Below are positions 47,693 through 64,000 of a stretch of 64,000 nucleotides of DNA, in pieces. How positions within the stretch are numbered: position 1 is the first letter of the stretch; each line of letters begins with the position of its first letter. Made by a program: the position numbers and the translations under genes. This DNA comes from Macrostomum lignano (Eukaryota), in assembly GCA_002269645.1 (NCBI GenBank), contig NIVC01002758.1, positions 1 to 64,000 of the forward strand, given 5' to 3'. Below the pieces are notes generated by a model that saw only the letters and a list, made by a program, of their open reading frames with translations, was not told the DNA's origin and did not search any database.

Positions 47693-48377
47693 TGCTATTG
47701 GATAAAATTATAGTCTGCTCTCAGCCAACTATAATTGCTATATCTATAACTATAACTATGACTATTGACTGTTCTCAGCCAATTAGGACATATATAGGCT
47801 TATGTGTTGCTAATAGAAATAACCAGGTGATTCCCAAGGTTGTACATATGTCCCTATTATTATATCATTAATTTGTTGGTTACAAAACTTTGCATCTATT
47901 GTGTTTTACCTTTTGATCTTGATCTTTGATTTTGATCTTTATTTTGACAACCTTGACCTATGGGTGCTAGCTAGGTTTTTTGTCTAGTTGCCAGGTGCAA
48001 TTTGGCATCTAGAGTCCAATTTTAGGGTGCAAATTTTAAAAGCAAAGTGTGGCACTACTACAATAGAAAAAAATGAACATTAAATTTAAGAAGCAAAATA
48101 ATGAGTCATAACATGGTAACAACTATACTATTGCATTTTATTTTTTGTAGCTTATGAGACATGACTTGCTTCACTTTAATAATTTAAAATCATTGGATAT
48201 CAGTTTAATCTGATAAAATCTGAATTGCATGCACTTAGATCTAAATCAAATTTTATAGTCTAATTGATATGGTCTCTACCAAAATTAGGGACTTTACCTT
48301 ATAAGCTTAAGCTTAGATAAAAGTCCCCAATTATCCCCTTGCTTGTTCTCTCCTATCTCAGGTCCATTTTTCGTAAC

Positions 48378-49603
48378 TTTTTTTTGCCAAATCTAGTTTT
48401 TTGGTGTCACTATGAACAAACTGACTTATCTGTGTAAATAGGTTACTTGGGCTCCACTTTATGAACTTAAGTTGTCAAGTTGATAGGCCCTTTTGAGCAA
48501 TATATTACATTAAAATCTCACAAAAAGTTTTCATAGATATTTAAATTTTTTGATATAGCATGTTTATGTACTTTTAATGATATGCAGCACTATATACTGT
48601 ATTTGTGGTATATCATATAATATTAGTATATCCTGTATTATTGCTTGAGTTATTTTTTTTTTAGAGGCAGGGGGTTGTGTGCACCCTGGCGCACTTTAAG
48701 TGACATAGGCACACAACCTGCGAGAGGCATTACTGCCCATTCCGCCAACTCCCCTGAGCAGGCACACAAGCGCGCGGATACATATGCAGGCACACACTCA
48801 CACAGGAGTGTACAGCGGCCCTAACTTTATATTATCGTTAGGCATGTACACTTCACTGCGCCTTGGGGGGGTTGGCTCTCAAGGCCGTTAATTGCACAAG
48901 CAGAGCCAAGCCGAGATTCCAATTCAGCCCCAAATTAATGTGACTGCACTTGGAATCGAGCCTGGGTCGCTGGCACACCAGAGCAGCTGCGCTACAGCTG
49001 AGCTACGGCCCCTACCCCCCCGGGGCATTATACATTATCTTATGGCACTATACATTGTATCCTACTTCATGCATTTTTATATTTAATTTTTTAATAAAAT
49101 TTTCTTTTATTAGGGCTTCTCTTATGCTAAATATTTCTAGAATCAAAAGTATCATACTTTATTCTGGTAAATGGTCTGCCTAAGGCAATTTATTAGATTC
49201 TAAATCTAGTGTTCTTATTTTTTAATGGCAATGAATTTTCTTGATGTCCAGGTTTTAATGCCAGAAAAGAAAGGAGAAGTAGAAATGCAAATGTATATTG
49301 TCATATTTCTTATTTCTATTAACTAATGTTATTCATTTTATATGCTTAATACAAGTCTTAAAAAATTATTTATAAAGCTTTAACTCTGTTAATATCAATA
49401 AATATGCAAAAAGACAGCATATCTGTTCTTATGCAGCAATAGAGATTATAGTTTTTGACATATATCTGGAAATGTATTGGATTTATTTTTTTTGCAGAGT
49501 TTTTGAATTTTTATATTCATTAGGCTACTTTAAGTAGGCCAGTCCTTTGTGTCTTCATTTTTATTGTAGTTTAAGTTAACAGAAACAGCAGAATTAAGTT
49601 TGC
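48378..49603. repeat. 1.23-kb dispersed duplication, copy 2
   Basis: Near-identical to 42352-43578. Confidence 0.95.
48653..49012 (-). mobile_element. tRNA-derived SINE (second copy, inside the duplication)
   Basis: Same sequence as 42629-42985. Confidence 0.75.
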
Positions 49604-50582
49604 AAAAAAGTCAAATTAGGAAAGAATTATTTTTGACTAGATTATCAGTCAGGAATATACACACTGTGTTTTTAAGTTTAAATTAAATCTAAATTAAATT
49701 AATTTAGTTTAAATTAAATTAAATAAATTGCACACTGAACTGTTCTGTACTTTGGAGTTTAGTCTGGGGCACACTTTAGCACTGTCATATTTTGGCTATG
49801 GCTACTTCAAATTTGGAAAAGTTTAGCTAAAGCATAAACAAAAATTTAGTTGTAGCAGAAATCTATTGTAATAATCTCCATACTTTTACAGCAATCGCAG
49901 CATGCAGTCGTGTTTGTATTTTTAGTCATTCTATATAAACAGTTTACAATATATATTGACAGTGGCAGTGCTATAATTTTCGCGCATTATTGTCATATTT
50001 GCCCACACATTAGTTTTAGAGTTTCTTTCAACTATTTTTATAGCTTTTACTCTCTTAGCTCTCCAGTCAGGGCTACCTGTTTGCAATATATCTCTATCTG
50101 CCTTCATGCATCACTTGGCTGGCTTCCTCCCGTTTCTATCTGCCATTGTTTTCTCCAGGGACCATGCGAGAGTGCTAGCTACTGCCTTTCTCTCCCTCCA
50201 GCTGTGTACACGCTTGATTGTACATACGGAATTTGATGACTGGATTCCTATTGGGTAGCCTGAGAACAAAGGATGCTGAAGCTGAGGGTAGCTCAGATGG
50301 GGGATGAAGATTCTGGGATGAGGATCTTTGCTACTGGCTATTGTTCTTTAGGCTGACAGCCGTACCTGGCTCCGTGTGTATATATTTGGGTAGGAGAGTG
50401 AGGCTTGTTCCTACAGCCTAGCTCAGCCTAGCTCAGCCTGCCCTGTCTCTTTGTTTCCTTTTTTAGCTTGCGTTTATAATTATTCATATAATATTCTGAT
50501 GATCATTCTATGATAATTGCAGCCAGTTAAAGTTATGCAATCTCGCCTTGTTAGTATATTAGATAAATAAATAATAAAAAGA

Positions 50583-58086
<7,504 letters not shown>

Positions 58087-58279
58087 CGACATGACATTAG
58101 AGAGATAGGTGTATTGCTGGCACAAACTTAACTTATTAGCTACAGCGCTGGCCCCACGGATTTCAAATACCCGATTTCGTCATTCGTTGCTTTCTTATAT
58201 TATTAAGTAGCTAAATATGAGTACTCCCGTCTCTGCTGGGCTCGTGTGGGACAGAGCGAGGTTTTCTTAATAGGGAATT

Positions 58280-58483
58280 AGACAGACAGACTGACTGACT
58301 GACTGACAGACACTAAGACAGACAGACACTAAGCCATTAAGATAGACAGACGTACAGACAGACAGACAGACACAAAAAGCCATTAAGATAGAAAGACGGA
58401 CAGACAGACAGACACAAAAAGCCATTAAGATAGACAGACAGACAGACACTTGGACAGACACACAGACAGACACTAAGCCATTA

Positions 58484-58524
<41 letters not shown>

Positions 58525-58565
58525 CTTGGACAGACACACAGACAGACACTAAGCCATTAAGATAG

Positions 58566-58599
<34 letters not shown>

Positions 58600-58745
58600 A
58601 CTTGGACAGACACACAGACAGACACTAAGCCATTAAGATAGACAGACAGAGACTAAGACACACACAGACAGACAGACAGACACTAAGACAGACACACAGA
58701 CAGACACTAAGCCATTAAGATAGACAGACGGACAGACAGACACAC

Positions 58746-58780
<35 letters not shown>

Positions 58781-58845
58781 CTAAGACAGACACACAGACA
58801 GACACTAAGCCATTAAGATAGACAGACGGACAGACAGACACACAT
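58280..58845. repeat. (GACA)n composite with recurring CTAAGCCATTAAGATA
   Basis: Direct reading. Confidence 0.92.
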
Positions 58846-59659
58846 GCCCTTAAACGCGCTCTGAAGGCTAACTTATACATTGTACAAGTTTGTATTTCAG
58901 ATAGAAAGTAAAGTACTTCATTCTTTTATGGATTTCTTGTATCCATGTTATGTATTTCTATATTTGCGCACTATTAACCTCCCTGCAAGCTTAGTGTACA
59001 GTCAGACAGGGAACGCGAGCGGTTGATTCTGTTTTCTCTTTTAACTGTCACTTTGTTGTTTACCTCTCTTTGCTTTTAGGCTATTTCTTGTTGTAAACAT
59101 TTTACAGATTATTTCCATTCCACGTAGTTGCTTGCGTTTTGCATATTTTCACTATTCTCAGCTCTGTCACGGAGTAACTGGTGTGTCTTTCCTATCCACG
59201 TAAAATTTCAAACTTCTGCAATACATTCGCGCCCGTGTTTTTAGTTTTTTTTATCGAAAATCCAATTGAGGCGAGTAAAGATTTTGTTTCTTGTTAATTA
59301 TACACTCTGATCTTTGTTGTACTATTGTCAAATGTAGTCTTTGTCTTGTTTTATTCTAGTCTTTGTGATATTTGGCTTAACTTGAATTGAGGACTTTACT
59401 GTTTTCAAGTGCCTTTAAAGTTTATATGTATTTTTTAAAACTTCAATTGGCTTCACGCTTTTGGCTCTTTTTCTGTATTCTATACTAGTAGACTTACACT
59501 TACAATAAATACATTCGTTAATATTAAAATCATTTTTATTGCCTTTAGATTTTTCCTTATTATTTATTATATTTTAGCCCTCATAGCCTCCATCTGTCAT
59601 CGGGTCCTTTAAAACTTACAATGGCATGGCAATCCGGCCCGCTCAAGGTTTATTCTCAG

Positions 59660-60110
59660 TTCTCTTACCTCCTCTCTCCTATATTCTCTCTCTCTCTTCC
59701 CTCCTCTCCTGTTACCCTTCTCTCTTCTCTGCCACTTCTCTTCGCTCCTCTCTCCCCCTTTTCTTTTCACTCTCCCCCTTCTCTACTTTTTTCTCTCCCT
59801 TCTCCCTTCTCTCTCCCCCATCTCTCTTCTCTCTCCCCCCTTCTCTCCCCTCCTCTCTACCCCTTTTTCTCTTCTCTCCCCCTTCTCTCTTCTCTATCCC
59901 CTCCCCTCCCTCTTCTCTCTTCTTCCTTCTCTCTTCTCCCTCCCCCTTTTCTCCTCTACTCTCTCCTCTCCTCTCTCCCCTTTCTCTCTTCTCTCCTGTT
60001 ACTCCTTCTCTATCTCTCTCTCCTCTCCTTTCTCCCATCCTCTCCTCTTCTTCCTCTCCTCTCCTCTCCTCTCTCCCATCCTCTCTTCTCTTCCCTATTC
60101 CCTAACCTTT
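59660..60110. repeat. CT-rich low-complexity tract
   Basis: Direct reading. Confidence 0.9.
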
Positions 60111-60355
60111 CCACTCTTAGTTGTCCCGCAGTCATTAGCTGGGTTGTTTATCTGAACCTTGATGTATATATATAACTTGCGCGCTGTTTCTTCAGTCAGT
60201 CTTTTAGAAGCAATTGGTATAACATATTTTTCTGCTTTTTTTCAATGCATTTCAGCAGTAATCAATTATCCTAATACAAACGTGCTAGGCTTGAATTTTT
60301 AATGCTTAACTAGAATTGAAAGAGATTTTTTTCTGGCTAGACTAGCGGAAGCAAG

Positions 60356-61267
60356 ATGACATCTAAATTGGCCCCAATATTCAGCAGCAGCAGCACTAAA
60401 AGCGAAGAAAACAAAGAGAATTCCGCACTAGCGGCCAATCCGCGAACAAAGCGCCGAGCCACCCTGACAGCCAAAGAATTTCAAGAGCTCAAAGCCGTTG
60501 CTGAGCAGCCAAAAACAAGCGATCCTAAGCAGCAGCAAAGACTGATGAAGCCGAAGCAGCAAAGACGGCGCTCGTCTTCCCTACTGAGCGGTATCGACCC
60601 CGCCAACATCATTGTCACTGAGCAGCAGCAACAGCAGCAGCAGCAGCGCCAGTGTTCGGCCGTCGCCAGCGGCGGTCGGACGCCTTCACCAACGTCGCCA
60701 GCCGAGTCGCAGATCCAACGAGCCAACGCTGTCAGCGCCGAGCTTGATAGAATATTCGATAAATCGGCCGCACCGAGTCTCAGGCGCAGTCTTCGACGCA
60801 AATCGTTTTCAATTAGTTTAGCTACTACTAGTAGTAGTGCTGCAAAGACTACTAATAGTAGTGATAAGTCTTTGGCTAAGCAACAGCAGCTATTGACAGC
60901 TTCCGATGTAGTTATAGACGATAGCCTGGTGCAGCTGTACTGTCAGCAGGGTACTTACAAGCCTCCGCAGTCTAAAGGCCTCAGCACCATACCGGAAGTG
61001 GCTAACAGCACCCGTCCGCTGCCGTCCATCACTCGGCGCAGATTTATTGACTTCGATTCGCCAGCTCGGCTGGGCATGAAAGATCGCAGCCGATGTAAAA
61101 AGGCGCAGAAACTCTCCGCCGGTTCTAAATTGAAAACCAACGCATTGAAGAAGAGTGAGCGGCAGATGGATATGGAAGAGTTTAAAGCCTATGTTGATGG
61201 ACTGAATGAAAGTACGAGGGCTGTCCCAAAAGTACAGTGTTACTTTTTATTATATCCCTCGTTCTAA
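60356..61267 (+). CDS. Tantalus/PRR14-like protein (single-exon ORF, 303 aa)
   Basis: LYCQQGTYKPPQSKGLSTIPE...RRRFIDFD...KDRSRCKKAQK resembles the Tantalus-like domain and includes an LxxIxE motif. The rest is Ser/Gln-rich and probably disordered. Confidence 0.6.
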   Translation: MTSKLAPIFSSSSTKSEENKENSALAANPRTKRRATLTAKEFQELKAVAEQPKTSDPKQQQRLMKPKQQRRRSSSLLSGIDPANIIVTEQQQQQQQQRQCSAVASGGRTPSPTSPAESQIQRANAVSAELDRIFDKSAAPSLRRSLRRKSFSISLATTSSSAAKTTNSSDKSLAKQQQLLTASDVVIDDSLVQLYCQQGTYKPPQSKGLSTIPEVANSTRPLPSITRRRFIDFDSPARLGMKDRSRCKKAQKLSAGSKLKTNALKKSERQMDMEEFKAYVDGLNESTRAVPKVQCYFLLYPSF

Positions 61268-61786
61268 AATGACTGCGCTAAACACACGAGGCGATGAAAG
61301 CTGCGCATGAATCTGGGCTGTACTTCGCCCCGTCCTCTAAAGGATTTAAATCACACTCGTCTGAGCAACACTTAAATGCACATCCATGATTTTTGGTGCA
61401 GCAAAAGGATTATTGACTTCGATTCGCCAGCTCGGCTGGGCATGAAAGATCGCAGCCGATGTAAAAAGGCGCAGAAACTCTCCGCCGGTTCTAAATTGAA
61501 AACCAACGCATTGAAGAAGAGTGAGCGGCAGATGGATATGGAAGAGTTTAAAGCCTATGTTGATGGACTGAATTTGATGGACTGAATGAAAGTACGAGGG
61601 CTGTCCCAAAAGTACAGTGTTACTTTTTATTATATCCCTCGTTCTAAAATGACTGCGCTAAACACACGAGGCGATGAAAGCTGCGCATGAATCTGGGCTG
61701 TACTTCGCCCCGTCCTCTAAAGGATTTAAATCACACTCGTCTGAGCAACACTTAAATGCACATCCATGATTTTTGGTGCAGCAAAA
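61044..61786 (+). repeat. ~366-bp tandem duplication spanning the ORF/MITE junction
   Basis: 61044-61405 is repeated at 61410-61786; the second copy has a 14-bp internal duplication. Confidence 0.95.
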
Positions 61787-63123
61787 CCCGTTGGATTTTG
61801 AGTTTTTAAAGTAGGCATGAAAGGTGAAGAGTTTTGCACCTTCTGCCTCACTTTCGCCTCTCTTATGCCTATTTTGTGCCACTTGTGCACCTTTTGTTCA
61901 CCTGAGTGCCTCTGCAGGGGCGGAAGGTGAATTTGAGGCACGAAATAGGCGATAGGGGCACAGGTGTCGTTGGGGAGTTAGGTGCATAAAAGGTGCACAG
62001 TGTGCGTTGAGGCACAAAAGGTGAACAAAGTAGGAATTGGGGGCATTGGGGGGAGTGAAAAGTGAATAAAAGGTGCGCTGCTGTGGAGGTGCAGAAAAAG
62101 TGTACAGTGTGCACTGGAGGCACGAAAGGTGAATAAAAGGTGCACAGTGGGCACTTTAGGCGTAGAGGCAATGCAAGGGGCGTTAAAGTTTCAACTGGCG
62201 AAGTTTTTTGCTACCTTTTCTCACTATTGGAAATTTTTCCTCACTAATGCAAACCTTTTCATCACTTTTCGGAACTTTTCCTGAGTATTTGAAAGTCATT
62301 AAGACTTATCAGTATAGGAAATGTTTAGTTTTGTGGTTTGTCAGGAGTAGGAAGGGGATAGCAGCGATTAGTATAGGTGTAAATAAAGCTTTTCTATGTT
62401 CAATCTGTGCGTGCAATGTACGAGTATGTAACTCTCAGTTAATTTTGTTACAAATTATTAATGCGTTAATTCGTGCATAGGCATGAAAGGTGAGCGAGGT
62501 GCACAAAAGAGGCACTTTGGGGGTCTCTTTTGAGCGTGTTTTGGAAATGCACCTGTATACATATTTACGCACATGTACACCTTATGCACCTCTAATTTAC
62601 CTTTCGTGCCTGAAATGCACCTTAAATGCACCTTAAATGCACCTCTAATTCACCTTTCATGCGCTTTCTGCGCCCCTTCAGCACCTTTCCTGCACCTGCT
62701 GTGCCTCACTTGTGAGCCTACTCTTCACCTTTTGCGCACCTCCAGTGCCCCTTGTACACCTTTACTGCCCCTACCGCCGCAACCAATCAAAATTGAGAAT
62801 TCACCTTCTGCCTGACCACTTCACCGATTTTACACCTTTCATGCCTCTTTTCAAAAATATTGGTGACATTTAGGCATAAAAGGTGCACTCAGGTGCATTT
62901 CCAAAGCACACACGAAATAGGCCACCAAAGTGCCTCTTTTGTGCACCTCGTTCACCTTTCATGCCTCTGCAGGTGCATAACTTTTCCAACGGGAAAAGGA
63001 AGGAACAAAAAGGCAATGAAGCTGAAGCCTAGTGGGAAATATTCTTCTACTGCTTTAAAAGTTTTTGACTCTCCAATGCTTTCCATAGAAGTCTAGCAAA
63101 GAAGACTTTTGGGACAGCCGTCG
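61215..63123. mobile_element. Mariner-type non-autonomous element
   Basis: TA|CGAGGGCTGTCCCAAAAG at 61215 (again at 61595) and CTTTTGGGACAGCCGTCG|TA ending at 63123. Confidence 0.8.
62479..62966. mobile_element. Nested fold-back / MITE-like segment
   Basis: 42-bp inverted repeats AGGCATGAAAGGTGA(G/A)CGAGGTGCACAAAAGAGGCACTTTGG at 62479-62520 and 62925-62966, with 1 mismatch. Confidence 0.7.
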
Positions 63124-63840
63124 TAGTTTTTCTTACTGACTGAAGGAATATTCTGTACTCAGATTGTAGATTTGTAAGCCTTCTTTACTTTTTTGTCTTT
63201 ATGACATCGTGCTTCATGTTGTAGCTATATTTAGTTTCTATAAATTAGTTATTCCAATATCCTGTCTGGTGACTAGTATGTATTTTTTATTGTTGTGTCT
63301 TCTATTATACAAAAAATTAGTAAAGCTTGATTGGATTTTTTAACTCATTGAATTGCCTCAGTAGCCTTGGTAACCCGGATAAAAATCTACTACTATTTGC
63401 ATTTCAACTGCCAGTATGCCAATAATAAAGAACCTGCGTGAAAACGAATTTCTAACTGGATTTTTTATCATTTAAGCAAGCCTTCTAATCTTCCATCCGG
63501 TGCATTCATTCACTATTGTCTGGCATTTGCTTTTTTAATTTCCATTTTCCAATGCTATATATCTCCTCACACCAATGTCTGTATTCCCAATGCATAGCTG
63601 ACAAAAGCAATCAGCAGCTTTGATTAATTAGTATAAAAGTACAAATTCAGCGCATGAGATCGCTTGCCTACAGCAGCGAACTGCTTCTTCTTATTTGTTT
63701 TCAAATTGCCTTTTTTCAGTGTGTCCGATTCTTTGCGTTAAAGCTGTGTAGGTAACGTCTGGGATCAGGAAGAGAAGCTTAGCCGTAACAAGTCCTGGGT
63801 TCGATTCCGTGTGCCGCTACGTTAATTTTGGGCTGTGGAA

Positions 63841-63928
63841 ACTAACTAACTAGCTAACTAGCTAACTAACTAACTGACTAACTAACTAACTAACTAATTA
63901 GCTAACTAACTAACTAGCTAGCTATCTG

Positions 63929-63959
<31 letters not shown>

Positions 63960-63960
63960 G

Positions 63961-63993
<33 letters not shown>

Positions 63994-64000
63994 TTAGCTA
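63841..64000. repeat. (TAAC)n microsatellite
   Basis: Direct reading. Confidence 0.97.

Noticed and set aside
61658-61882. Cys-rich minus-strand ORF (FCCTKNHGCAFKCCSDEC)
   Set aside because: It lies inside the mariner MITE and has no acceptor or start support.

Overview
Eukaryotic (metazoan) genomic DNA with spliced genes (GT-AG introns) and many repeats. The style (GC-rich exons, satellite-filled introns) resembles a flatworm such as Macrostomum, but I cannot establish the species from sequence alone. Contents, left to right: (1) Two tandem DEG/ENaC channel paralogs. The complete copy (7 exons, 8622-15737, ~894 aa) carries two kringle-like modules on phase-1 exons in its extracellular finger region. 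The upstream partial copy has single-base frameshifts, and one of its introns holds a DIRS/Ngaro-type tyrosine-recombinase retrotransposon and a TA-flanked MITE. (2) A PRDM9-like PR/SET + C2H2 gene in a single coding exon, with a minisatellite-like zinc-finger array. (3) Mariner remnants and an element flanked by an 8-bp target-site duplication. (4) A partial MYCBPAP-like gene with a probable coding minisatellite. (5) A recent 1.2-kb duplication carrying a tRNA-derived SINE. (6) A 5-exon HECTD2 ortholog with a different satellite in every intron, including a fold-back that encloses a copied exon fragment. (7) A Tantalus/PRR14-like ORF whose C-terminus comes from a mariner-type MITE. All domain calls are by eye; no database search was run, and identity figures are approximate manual counts.
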